A stretch of DNA of 46,324 nucleotides from an uncultured Candidatus Saccharibacteria bacterium (GCA_964484315.1 CAZAEF010000001.1:1-46324); one strand, 5' to 3'. Counted from the first letter of the stretch, positions 35,002-43,196 are shown. The notes: generated by a model not told the origin, from the sequence alone. A program made the numbers and translations.

Positions 35002-36135
35002 ATGATTTTCTCAAAAAAAGAAGAGAAAAAAAGAGAAGTAAATAAACTTTCTCTACTCATTGATATTCAAAGCGGTTTGGTTCGAGTTGCTGTTCTCAGA
35101 CCTAGTGCTGATTTTCCTGCAGAGATCGTGCATAGTGTCTCGCGTCCTGTTGAGGGTGAGATCGAAAAGAGTGGAGATCTGATTATCAAGACGAAGACTA
35201 TGCTCACCGAGCTTGAGCGTGCTCTCAAGGATTGTATCGATCATGTCAAAATACCTCATGATTCCATCGACACTGTGCATTATGTATTCTCTACACCTTG
35301 GATTGTTACACAATCAAGGATTATAAAAAAACAATTCGATACTGATACAGAGGTTACAGAGAAGATGATTCAGGATATTCTCGATAGTGAACGCGTATCG
35401 CTTCTCGAGACTTTTAAAAAAGAAAAATTGGACGATACTTATGATTTCGATCTAGTCATCATAGAACAGAAAATATTCGATATGCGTCTCAATGGTTACT
35501 CTGTAGAATCTTCTCATGGGAAAAAAGCGCGTACATTTGAGATATCTTTTGCGGTTTCTATGTGTTCGGAAAAAATTATTAAAAAAATACATTCTGTGGT
35601 TGCTTCATCCTTGCATGTAAAGAAGGAAGTGCATCATTCAGGTCTATTACTACAATACATTGCATTGAGATCTCTCGTATCCCATGGCGAATATGCTTCG
35701 ATACATGTCCATGGTGAAATCACCGATTGTATAGTAGTACGAAGAGGCTTGAGTTCTTCAGTCACATCATTTCCATACGGTATTGATACTCTCACGAGGA
35801 AACTTTCTAAAATATTGAAAAATACAAAAGAAGCAAGCAATTCACTCATTACTCTCTATGAAGGTAATAAACTCGAAACAAAAGTACAAGAAAAAGTTGG
35901 GAAAGCAGTATCCACACTGATCACAGACTGGTACTCTGGTCTCGTGAAGAGTCCAGCTATAACCGGAGCGAACGGCATGCCCCATTGTATATATCTTTCT
36001 GTATGTTCATATTCTATACATCATCTTCCTATTTTCAAGAAATTTCTGGAAGAATCTGGTTACGAAGTTCGTATTTTTGAAAAGCATATTAGTGAAGTAT
36101 ATGTCTCCGCACTCTATGATACTTGTAAGTTGTGA
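35002..36135 (+). CDS. Divergent actin-fold (FtsA/PilM-like) protein
   Basis: The LLIDIQSGLVRVAVL and SIHVHGEITDCIVVRRG..FPYGIDTLTRKL segments align by eye with the phosphate-1/phosphate-2 regions of FtsA/PilM, but the canonical DxG/GGG residues are degenerate. Confidence 0.4.
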   Translation: MIFSKKEEKKREVNKLSLLIDIQSGLVRVAVLRPSADFPAEIVHSVSRPVEGEIEKSGDLIIKTKTMLTELERALKDCIDHVKIPHDSIDTVHYVFSTPWIVTQSRIIKKQFDTDTEVTEKMIQDILDSERVSLLETFKKEKLDDTYDFDLVIIEQKIFDMRLNGYSVESSHGKKARTFEISFAVSMCSEKIIKKIHSVVASSLHVKKEVHHSGLLLQYIALRSLVSHGEYASIHVHGEITDCIVVRRGLSSSVTSFPYGIDTLTRKLSKILKNTKEASNSLITLYEGNKLETKVQEKVGKAVSTLITDWYSGLVKSPAITGANGMPHCIYLSVCSYSIHHLPIFKKFLEESGYEVRIFEKHISEVYVSALYDTCKL

Positions 36136-36141
36136 TATAAT
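36133..36141 (+). promoter_or_regulatory. Extended -10 TGaTATAAT
   Basis: TG at 36133-34, TATAAT at 36136-41, overlapping the upstream stop codon. 7 nt to ATG 36149. Confidence 0.45.
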
Positions 36142-36148
36142 AAAATAA

Positions 36149-37492
36149 ATGGATAAGAAATTTGTACAAGATATTATTCCGACGAAACGGAGATCGAGAC
36201 CGGCGCCCGTATCTCGACATCTCGATGTGGAAGAGGATGAACCTATAGAGAGAGTTCCTATGAAGAGGATACATCGAGGAGACCTACCTCAATCATCTAC
36301 ACGAAGCAAAATACGATTGCCGTGGAAATTTTCTGGAATACTGGTTACATTTTGCGTGATATTCATAGGTGTGGGTATCATCATGGCTGCATTATCACTC
36401 CTATATTCGAAAGCTTCTGTTACTATTACACCGAAGAAGGCTATCTTCAGCATTACGGATACTACATTTACCGCAAAGAAAGATATGGCTGCATCAGGTA
36501 CAACATCTGCTTCGAGCATAACGACAGGACTTATGTATGAGGTATTGACTGTCAATGCCTCAGACAGTCAGACTGCTTCTGCTACAGACGGTCCTCTCAT
36601 ACAGACAAAAGCAAAGGGGATTGTCACCCTCTACAATGAGCAGAAAGTACCACAGAAGATTATTGCAGGGACTCGTCTGTCTAATAATGATGGACTTGTA
36701 TACCGCACTGCCACTACTGTGACTATTCCAGCCGGCAAGACTACGGGGGCTGGCAATATTACGGTGGGGGTTATAGCAGATCAATCAGGTGCGAACTACA
36801 ATATGTCTTTTGATAAAGATGAAGTATTCAAAGTAATTGCTTATAAAGGTCAATCAAAATACACAACAGTATATGGAAAGATGAAAGCTATAATCGATGG
36901 TGGATATTCTGGTTCAAAAAAGATAATATCACCACAGGTTCAGGCTGATGCTATAAAGACGTTGAAGAATAATGTGAAGGCAAAACTCACTGAACAGTTG
37001 GAGCCACTCATTCCAAAAGGATATGTGATGTATGATGGCGCATATACTATAGAATACGAAACCCTCGATCCTGTGTCGAGTGATACAGGTGACGCCATTA
37101 TCACTGTGAAAGGAGCTCTGTATGGAGTTATTTTTAGAAAAGACACTCTCCTAAAGTCTGTAGCGAAGAGAGAACTAGACAAGGTAACTTCTCCGACATA
37201 CGATGTTCGTGGTGTGGAAGATCTCACATTCACTATACTTAATTCAAAGGAATTTTCAGCAAAAAAAGGCAATTCTCTCGTTTTCACTCTCAAGGGCCCA
37301 GTCACTGTTGTGAGTACTCTGTCTCATGACGCGCTCAAAGCGGAGCTCAAAGGTACTTATCTCAAGGATAGTAATGCGGTATTTGCTCATTATCCTGCCA
37401 TAGCAAATGCCTATGCCCTCATTACACCATTCTGGATGAGATCATTCCCAAATGACCCTAATAAAATCATCATTGAGATAAAAGAGCCTTAG
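36149..37492 (+). CDS. Hypothetical single-pass membrane protein with large extracytoplasmic domain
   Basis: Basic N-terminus (DIIPTKRRSRP), one TM segment (ILVTFCVIFIGVGIIMAALSLL), then a T/S/G-rich, beta-strand-like remainder. Confidence 0.55.
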   Translation: MDKKFVQDIIPTKRRSRPAPVSRHLDVEEDEPIERVPMKRIHRGDLPQSSTRSKIRLPWKFSGILVTFCVIFIGVGIIMAALSLLYSKASVTITPKKAIFSITDTTFTAKKDMAASGTTSASSITTGLMYEVLTVNASDSQTASATDGPLIQTKAKGIVTLYNEQKVPQKIIAGTRLSNNDGLVYRTATTVTIPAGKTTGAGNITVGVIADQSGANYNMSFDKDEVFKVIAYKGQSKYTTVYGKMKAIIDGGYSGSKKIISPQVQADAIKTLKNNVKAKLTEQLEPLIPKGYVMYDGAYTIEYETLDPVSSDTGDAIITVKGALYGVIFRKDTLLKSVAKRELDKVTSPTYDVRGVEDLTFTILNSKEFSAKKGNSLVFTLKGPVTVVSTLSHDALKAELKGTYLKDSNAVFAHYPAIANAYALITPFWMRSFPNDPNKIIIEIKEP

Positions 37493-37515
37493 CCAGACAT
37501 GGCATGTTGTATTGA

Positions 37516-37544
37516 TTGACTTTTTTAAGCCCTTTTGTTATCAT
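37516..37544 (+). promoter_or_regulatory. Promoter TTGACT-17-TATCAT
   Basis: -35 at 37516-21, -10 at 37539-44, and 8 nt to the infA GTG at 37553. Confidence 0.5.
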
Positions 37545-37552
37545 AATTAAAC

Positions 37553-37768
37553 GTGCAAAAATCAGCAACGGACATAGTATATGGAGTCGTGACCGAAGCG
37601 TTACCGAATACGCTTTTTCGGGTAAGACTCGATGGTAAGGAAGATGTCGTTATGGCTTATTTAGCAGGAAAAATGAGGATGCATCGAATAAAGGTTCTCA
37701 TTGGAGACAAGGTTGAGCTCACACTTGACTCCTATGGTGGACGAGCCCGTATTACTAAAAGACTGTAG
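37553..37768 (+). CDS. infA: Translation initiation factor IF-1
   Basis: [39 protein letters not shown]1-like fold sequence. GTG start. Confidence 0.9.
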   Translation: MQKSATDIVYGVVTEALPNTLFRVRLDGKEDVVMAYLAGKMRMHRIKVLIGDKVELTLDSYGGRARITKRL

Positions 37769-37782
37769 AAAAGATTTATATA

Positions 37783-37899
37783 ATGAAAGTAAAAGCATCT
37801 GTCAAAGCAATTTGTCCAAAGTGTAGTACGGTACGTAGAAAAGGCTACGTATACGTTATTTGTACTGCGAATCCTCGCCACAAGCAGAGACAAGGTTAA
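37783..37899 (+). CDS. rpmJ: 50S ribosomal protein L36
   Basis: Hand translation gives [38 protein letters not shown] (38 aa). It lies in the canonical infA-rpmJ-rpsM position and is below the ORF-track size cutoff. Confidence 0.9.
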   Translation: MKVKASVKAICPKCSTVRRKGYVYVICTANPRHKQRQG

Positions 37900-37911
37900 T
37901 CATATTTATTT

Positions 37912-38292
37912 ATGCGTATACTCGGTATAACAATTCCTGATACAAAGCGTCTAGAAATCTCACTCACCTCACTCTATGGAGTAGGTCGTTCACGTGCTCT
38001 CCATATTTTAAATACTGCAAAAGTTGATCCTTCAGTAAAAGCAAAAGACCTCACTGTTGAACAGGAGAATGAGATCCGCAAGATTGTCGAAACATATCGT
38101 ATCGAGGGAGACTTGAAGAGAGAGGTAGCGTCGAACATCAAGCGTCTCAAAGATATCAAGACTTACAGAGGAAGTCGCCATGTAAAGCGTCTACCAGTAC
38201 GTGGACAAAGAACGAAGACCAATTCTCGCACTCTTCGCGGTAATGTTCGTAAGACTATGGGATCTGGACGAAAGAAAGAAGAGAAGAAATAA
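37912..38292 (+). CDS. rpsM: 30S ribosomal protein S13
   Basis: MRILGITIPDTKRLEISLTSLYGVGRSRA. Confidence 0.95.
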   Translation: MRILGITIPDTKRLEISLTSLYGVGRSRALHILNTAKVDPSVKAKDLTVEQENEIRKIVETYRIEGDLKREVASNIKRLKDIKTYRGSRHVKRLPVRGQRTKTNSRTLRGNVRKTMGSGRKKEEKK

Positions 38293-38313
38293 TAACTGAA
38301 ACTACTTACATTT

Positions 38314-38742
38314 ATGGCAAAGAAAATAATCACAAAGACAGAAGAGAAGAAAAAAGATGGAACGCCTAGCGCGCCAAAGGCTTCTTCTCGCAAACGTCTA
38401 GATGCGGGTATACTTCATGTACAGTCTACCTATAATAATACAAAAGTAATTCTTACTGATAAGGATGGTAATGCTGTGATGTGGTCTTCGAGTGGTTCTC
38501 TCGGTTTCAAAGGGGCAAAGAAGGGTACTCCATTCGCTGCCGCAAAGGTGGGCGAGACTCTAGCTCTCAAGGCCGCTAACCTCGGTCTCAAGGAGATCGA
38601 TGTTGTAGTGAAAGGTGTAGGCTCTGGTCGTGAAAGCGCGATCAGAGGTTTTATTTCTAAAGGGGTCAATATTTCATCGATCAAGGACGCTACACCTGTT
38701 CCCCATAATGGACCTCAGGCGAAGAAGCCACGTCGAGTATAG
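38314..38742 (+). CDS. rpsK: 30S ribosomal protein S11
   Basis: GILHVQSTYNNTKVILTD..GSLGFKGAKKGTPFAA. Confidence 0.95.
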   Translation: MAKKIITKTEEKKKDGTPSAPKASSRKRLDAGILHVQSTYNNTKVILTDKDGNAVMWSSSGSLGFKGAKKGTPFAAAKVGETLALKAANLGLKEIDVVVKGVGSGRESAIRGFISKGVNISSIKDATPVPHNGPQAKKPRRV

Positions 38743-38780
38743 TCCTACTATATATAGAATACATTAATTAATAAACTCTT

Positions 38781-39386
38781 ATGATTATCGGACCAAAATA
38801 CAAAATAGCGCGAAGACTCGGAGCACCTGTGTTTGAAAAAACACAGACTCAGAAATATGCTATCCGTCTCGGTGAACGCGCTCAGAAACAGGGTCGTCCA
38901 AAGGCAAAGAGTGATTTTGGTCTCGGTATGCTCGAGAAGCAGAAAGCTAGATACAGCTACGGCATCACCTCGAAGCAGTTCACAAAGTATGTGAAACAGG
39001 CTATAGAGAAGAAAGGTAACTCCGGAGAAATACTGGTCAGAACACTAGAAGGACGTCTCGACAATGTCGCTCTTCGTTCAGGATTTGCTCCTACTCGACA
39101 AGCTGCTCGCCAGATGACATCTCATGGACATCTCACAGTCAATGGTAAGATCGTTACCATTCCTTCATACCAAGTCTCTGTTGGAGATGTTATCGGTATC
39201 AGAGAGGGAAGCAAGAAAAAGGCTCTCTTTGCAAACCTAGACGAGAAGTTGAAGGTTGTGAAGATTCCTGGATGGTTGAAGTTGAATTTTGATAAGAAGG
39301 AAATTACCGTCGATGGCTTGCCACATGCGAACCAGAGTGAGCTCCTATTCAGCGTCGGAGCAGTGCTTGAATTCTTCAGCCGTTAG
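38781..39386 (+). CDS. rpsD: 30S ribosomal protein S4
   Basis: GPKYKIARRLG.. N-terminus and S4 RNA-binding domain (RLDNVALRSGFAPTRQAARQMTSHGH). Confidence 0.95.
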   Translation: MIIGPKYKIARRLGAPVFEKTQTQKYAIRLGERAQKQGRPKAKSDFGLGMLEKQKARYSYGITSKQFTKYVKQAIEKKGNSGEILVRTLEGRLDNVALRSGFAPTRQAARQMTSHGHLTVNGKIVTIPSYQVSVGDVIGIREGSKKKALFANLDEKLKVVKIPGWLKLNFDKKEITVDGLPHANQSELLFSVGAVLEFFSR

Positions 39387-39444
39387 TACTGGCGAAGGTT
39401 CACTTATACATATCACCAATTATTAATAATTTAAAAAAAATATT

Positions 39445-40410
39445 ATGTCTGCACACACAATAATCGTTCCATCAAAGCCTAAGATCATCCGAGAGGATGG
39501 GTCTAATGGTATTTATGAAATTGACGGTTTCTATCCTGGATATGGACACACTATCGGTAACTCTCTTCGACGCATTATCCTCTCTTCTCTTCCAGGTGCA
39601 GCTGTTACTCAAGTGAAGATCAAGGGGGTTGAACATGAATTCTCTTCTGTGAGCGGGGTGAAGGAAGATGTTATCGCTCTTATCCTAAATCTGAAACGAC
39701 TTCGTATCAAGCTTCTCACAGACGAACCGCAAGTCATTACTCTCAAGGCAAAAGGGATAAAAACATTGACAGCAGGAGACATAGATGTCCCTGGTCAGGT
39801 TGAGATTCTCAATCCAGAACTCGTGATTGCAACACTCACTGATAAAGGAAGTGATATCGATATGGAAATTACAGTGGAGAAGGGTCTCGGCTATGTTGCA
39901 AAAGAAGTTCTGATGAAAGATCGTGTCGATATTGGGACAATATCAATCGATGCTACATTTACCCCTATTCGTAAGGTTAATTATGAGGTGGAAAATATGC
40001 GTATTGGTGATCGTACCGATTTCAATCGACTTCGTATTTCTATAGAAACAGACGGCACTCTCACTCCACAGGAAGCTCTCGAGAGTTCTATTCTCCTCAT
40101 GATCAGTCAGTTGAAGTCCATCGTAGGATTCAAGGAAGAAGAAGTCGTTGCTCCAGTCAAAGAAGAAGAGAAAGAAGTTTCTACTAGCGCAGGAAAGGGT
40201 GAACTAGATGTAGAGTTCATGAAGACTCGCATAGATGCTATTGGACTATCTCCTAGAACAGTGAAGTCTCTCGCCAATGCCAATATCCGAACTATTGGTG
40301 GACTTGCTCGAAAGAAGGAAGTTGATATACTCGATATTGAGGGACTAGGAAGCAAGGGAATACAGGAGATAAAGAAAGTGCTTGCTCAATATAATATAAC
40401 CCTCAAATAA
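39445..40410 (+). CDS. rpoA: DNA-directed RNA polymerase alpha subunit
   Basis: GYGHTIGNSLRRIILSSLPGAAV and C-terminal HhH-like LSPRTVKSLANANIRTIGGL. Confidence 0.95.
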   Translation: MSAHTIIVPSKPKIIREDGSNGIYEIDGFYPGYGHTIGNSLRRIILSSLPGAAVTQVKIKGVEHEFSSVSGVKEDVIALILNLKRLRIKLLTDEPQVITLKAKGIKTLTAGDIDVPGQVEILNPELVIATLTDKGSDIDMEITVEKGLGYVAKEVLMKDRVDIGTISIDATFTPIRKVNYEVENMRIGDRTDFNRLRISIETDGTLTPQEALESSILLMISQLKSIVGFKEEEVVAPVKEEEKEVSTSAGKGELDVEFMKTRIDAIGLSPRTVKSLANANIRTIGGLARKKEVDILDIEGLGSKGIQEIKKVLAQYNITLK

Positions 40411-40428
40411 TACTGAATAATTACTCCA

Positions 40429-40779
40429 ATGAGACATCATTCATCAAAAAGAAAATTCGGCCGAGAAATGACACAGAGAGACGCGCTCATGCGTTCCCTC
40501 GCACGCAATCTCGTGAATGAAGGTCGCATCACGACCACTCTCGCGAAGGCGAAGTCACTGCGACCATTCGTTGAAAAACTAGTGACGAAAGCGAAGACTG
40601 GCACACTAGCATCACGACGCATTGTATTATCAAGAGTGCATGGAGAGCCAGAGACCAAGGCGCTTTTTGATACTATTGCAAAGAAATACACGGATCGTTC
40701 TGGTGGTTATCTCCGTATAGTGAAGCTTCCTCGTCGAGAGCTTGACGCAGCCCCTATGGCTATGATTGAATTCGTATAA
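40429..40779 (+). CDS. rplQ: 50S ribosomal protein L17
   Basis: MRHHSSKRKFGREMTQRDALMRSLARNLV. Confidence 0.95.
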   Translation: MRHHSSKRKFGREMTQRDALMRSLARNLVNEGRITTTLAKAKSLRPFVEKLVTKAKTGTLASRRIVLSRVHGEPETKALFDTIAKKYTDRSGGYLRIVKLPRRELDAAPMAMIEFV

Positions 40780-40811
40780 GGGCACACTTATCTTAAGATA
40801 ATACATTTCAT

Positions 40812-41162
40812 ATGAATAAAACTTACATTATCGACGCGCAGGGAAAGAAGATGGGAAGAGTAGCGAGCCAAGCTGCTGTATATCTCATGGGTAAAAATTC
40901 AGTGAAATTTGCTCGCAATATCGCTCCAGAGGTAAAAGTTTCTATAGTGAACTGCTCGAAAGCGAATATTGATTCAAAAAAGAAAGATAATAAAGAATAT
41001 GTCACATTCACTGGATTCCGCGGAGGTATCAATACAGAGAAGCTTGGAGCGTTGATCGAACGCAAGGGTGTGACCGAAGTATTCAAGCGTGCGGTTACTC
41101 GTATGCTTCCATCTAATAGTCTTCGCAAGGCCATGCTCAAGAATTTAACTATCACTGAATAA
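40812..41162 (+). CDS. rplM: 50S ribosomal protein L13 (short, 116 aa)
   Basis: IIDAQGKKMGRVASQAAVYLMGK.. and MLPSNSLRKAMLKNL. Confidence 0.9.
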   Translation: MNKTYIIDAQGKKMGRVASQAAVYLMGKNSVKFARNIAPEVKVSIVNCSKANIDSKKKDNKEYVTFTGFRGGINTEKLGALIERKGVTEVFKRAVTRMLPSNSLRKAMLKNLTITE

Positions 41163-41167
41163 TTTTT

Positions 41168-41587
41168 ATGACACCTATCAAACCTACAACATCAGATCGA
41201 TATATAGAGACTGTCGGACGTCGCAAGACTTCCATTGCTCGTGTGCGCATCACACCAGCTACGAAGACTACTTATGAGATCAATGGTAAGACTCTAGAAG
41301 AATATTTTCCAACTCGACAGCTACAGATCACAGCACAGGAAGCTTTTGCCTCTTCGAAACTCACGACAACCAAGTTCAAGCTCACAGCATTGCTCAAGGG
41401 TGGAGGTATCAGCTCTCAAGCAGACGCTCTAAGACATGGTATAGCTAGAGGGCTTATAGAATATGATATAGAACTCCGAGGTAAGCTCAAGAAAGCAGGA
41501 TTCCTCAAACGAGATCCTAGAGCAAAAGAACGCCGAAAGTTCGGTCTCAAGAAAGCTCGCAAGGCTCCACAGTGGAGTAAGAGATAA
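41168..41587 (+). CDS. rpsI: 30S ribosomal protein S9
   Basis: GRRKTSIARVRI.., GGGISSQADALRHGIARGL, and a C-terminal ..KKARKAPQWSKR. Confidence 0.95.
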   Translation: MTPIKPTTSDRYIETVGRRKTSIARVRITPATKTTYEINGKTLEEYFPTRQLQITAQEAFASSKLTTTKFKLTALLKGGGISSQADALRHGIARGLIEYDIELRGKLKKAGFLKRDPRAKERRKFGLKKARKAPQWSKR

Positions 41588-41601
41588 ATTTATAAAAAAA
41601 G

Positions 41602-41623
41602 AAACCGCATTTGCGGTTTTTTT
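41602..41623 (+). terminator. Intrinsic terminator after rpsI
   Basis: AAACCGC-ATTT-GCGGTTT followed by further Ts. Confidence 0.8.
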
Positions 41624-41624
41624 A

Positions 41625-41652
41625 TTGCAAATTTTTATTTTATACGTATACT
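41625..41652 (+). promoter_or_regulatory. Promoter TTGCAA-16-TATACT
   Basis: -35 at 41625-30, -10 at 41647-52, and 8 nt to the grpE ATG at 41661. Confidence 0.55.
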
Positions 41653-41660
41653 GATTCTAT

Positions 41661-42203
41661 ATGAATGAAGATGAAATAAAAGTAGAAGCTGACGAAAATC
41701 TCGATGATTCTGTGGTCGCCGAAGAGTCTCTCCAAGATACGATAAAGAACCTTCGCGAGAAGCTCAAAAAAGCTATTGCTGAAAAACAAGAGTACCTAAC
41801 TAACTGGCAGAAGGACAAGGCTGAGTTTATCAATGCTCGTAAGCGAGATGAACAATCACAGAAGGAGTTTATAAAATACTCAAACGAGGGATTGATCTCC
41901 GAGCTTTTCCCTGTGCTCGACAGTTTTAATATGGCAATGGGGAATAAGGAGGTATGGGAGAAGGTGGATAAGAATTGGCGTAATGGTGTAGAGTATATTG
42001 CAAGCCAGCTCAAGAAAGTTCTCGAAGATCATGGACTTACGGAGATTGATCCTATTGGTCAGAAATTTGACCCTATGCGTGACGAGGCTATAGAGGATGG
42101 AAAAGAGAGTGATATTATCACAACTGTCATACAGAAAGGATATTCTCTCAATGGAAAGATTGTGAAGGCGCCGAAGGTGAAGATTGGAGAGGTGCAGAAA
42201 TAA
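41661..42203 (+). CDS. grpE: Nucleotide exchange factor GrpE
   Basis: Coiled-coil N-terminus and C-terminal IDPIGQKFDPMRDEAI..GYSLNGKIVKAPKV. Confidence 0.9.
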   Translation: MNEDEIKVEADENLDDSVVAEESLQDTIKNLREKLKKAIAEKQEYLTNWQKDKAEFINARKRDEQSQKEFIKYSNEGLISELFPVLDSFNMAMGNKEVWEKVDKNWRNGVEYIASQLKKVLEDHGLTEIDPIGQKFDPMRDEAIEDGKESDIITTVIQKGYSLNGKIVKAPKVKIGEVQK

Positions 42204-42205
42204 GA

Positions 42206-42233
42206 TTGACTTTTTAGATAACCGGTATATACT
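42206..42233 (+). promoter_or_regulatory. Promoter-like TTGACT-16-TATACT immediately after the grpE stop
   Basis: -35 at 42206-11 and -10 at 42228-33. Confidence 0.4.
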
Positions 42234-42239
42234 TTCAGT

Positions 42240-42320
42240 ATGATACACGTGAGGATAACTTCCTCCTTCGACATTGTAGTCGATAGCGCGTGTCCATCAA
42301 AAGCCCTTCGGGGCTTTTGT
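42240..42320 (+). ncRNA. Possible ~80-nt sRNA (or simply the grpE 3' UTR)
   Basis: Three hairpins: GAGGA-TAACT-TCCTC (42251-65), CGAC-ATTGTA-GTCG (42269-82), and the terminator AAAAGCCC-TTCG-GGGCTTTT (42299-318). Confidence 0.3.
42299..42318. terminator. Bidirectional intrinsic terminator
   Basis: An 8-bp stem with a TTCG loop, A-run on one side and T-run on the other. It sits between the grpE stop and the stop of the minus-strand ORF at 42323. Confidence 0.75.
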
Positions 42321-42322
42321 TG

Positions 42323-42706
42323 TTAATGAGACTCGGAGCGGTGCATGATGCTATAAAAATGTTTAGGTCCTTTATTTATCTGTCTAACAACTACACGAAT
42401 TTTTCTATCAACCGCAAGAGCATAGGTAAGACCCCAGTACTTGATCTCATCGCCATTACTTTTTTCGCTCCTAAGGTCACAGACCGAATTTTTGGAGGAG
42501 ATGACTTCCGTAGCAAGAGGTAGCAAGGTAAGACGATCGAGTACTTCTTTTCTTGGACGCATCCTTCCCTTGCGTTCAAAATGGTTGAATCCATGTCTGT
42601 TGAACACAATGACCTCATTTTCCAAATGAGGACATTTGACCGGCAAGTATTTTAGGTATCTTTCATGAGCTTTCCTTACTTTTATATGATATTCTTCGTC
42701 ATTCAT
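42323..42706 (-). CDS. Hypothetical basic 127-aa protein (orphan)
   Basis: ATG 42706. By hand count 25 K+R against 16 D+E, plus 8 His. Motifs FNRHGFNHFERKGR and IRVVVRQINKGPKHFYSIM. No family recognised with confidence. Confidence 0.6.
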   Translation of the reverse strand: MNDEEYHIKVRKAHERYLKYLPVKCPHLENEVIVFNRHGFNHFERKGRMRPRKEVLDRLTLLPLATEVISSKNSVCDLRSEKSNGDEIKYWGLTYALAVDRKIRVVVRQINKGPKHFYSIMHRSESH

Positions 42707-42727
42707 TCCACAAGCATACAGAAGCGA

Positions 42728-42771
42728 GATAAAATTCTGATAAAATAAACATAAAATTTAGATAAAATTTC
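42728..42771. repeat. Four tandem 11-bp direct repeats (GATAAAATTCT / GATAAAATAAA / CATAAAATTTA / GATAAAATTTC)
   Basis: The core SATAAAAT starts at 42728, 42739, 42750 and 42761, an exact 11-bp phase. The array lies 22-65 nt upstream of the minus-strand ATG at 42706. Confidence 0.85.
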
Positions 42772-42849
42772 AATTACACGATAGAAAATGATGTTGCTGG
42801 AAGTGGCACTTGTGTTTTCAAATGATGAAAATAGATCTGGACAACTTCG

Positions 42850-43131
42850 TCAAAACAGATATAATACAACCATGTTAACCCCGTATTCTCGCTCACAATT
42901 TGTCACGAAAATACTGACCTCTCCATCCGGTGAGAAGTTCTCAGTTGTCTTTCTCGTTGCTCTCGTAAATGGAGAAGTGAAGGCACAGATGGTTTCTGCG
43001 ACGCTAGTATCCGTCGAAAAGCCTGCTTCAGTATGCCTCCCTATTTCTTCTACGAAATCTCCTACGACTTTTACATATACCCCTTCTTCTACACAAAAGA
43101 TTTCACTCTTTGATTCTCTTTTCTTTTTCAA
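42850..43131 (-). CDS. Hypothetical mildly acidic 93-aa protein (TTG start); mutually exclusive with plus-strand ORF 42788/42872..43192
   Basis: First-codon positions are purine-rich (RNY-like), and the K/E-rich N-terminus resembles other proteins in this window. The overlapping plus-strand frame is T-rich at position 1 and S/T/P/F-rich, which is shadow-like. There is no ATG start. Confidence 0.35.
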   Translation of the reverse strand: MKKKRESKSEIFCVEEGVYVKVVGDFVEEIGRHTEAGFSTDTSVAETICAFTSPFTRATRKTTENFSPDGEVSIFVTNCEREYGVNMVVLYLF

Positions 43132-43176
43132 TAGCCAACCGACCCGCGCGCCGTCTCTTCAGATATGTTTTCTATC

Positions 43177-43196
43177 CACTTTAGTTAACTAAAGTG
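43177..43196. promoter_or_regulatory. 20-bp perfect palindrome CACTTTAGTTAACTAAAGTG (operator-like)
   Basis: Each half is the exact reverse complement of the other, centred on GTTAAC. It lies 46-65 nt upstream of the TTG start at 43131 on the minus strand. Confidence 0.5.

Noticed and set aside
42788-43192. Plus-strand 134-aa ORF (or 106 aa from ATG 42872, which sits 6 nt after a perfect TATAAT at 42860-65)
   Set aside because: First-codon positions are T-rich, and the C-terminal half is S/T/P/F low complexity. That is what is expected from the antisense of a K/E-rich frame. The opposite-strand frame 42850..43131 looks more protein-like. It is not fully excluded, because of the leaderless-type promoter geometry and because the minus frame lacks an ATG start.
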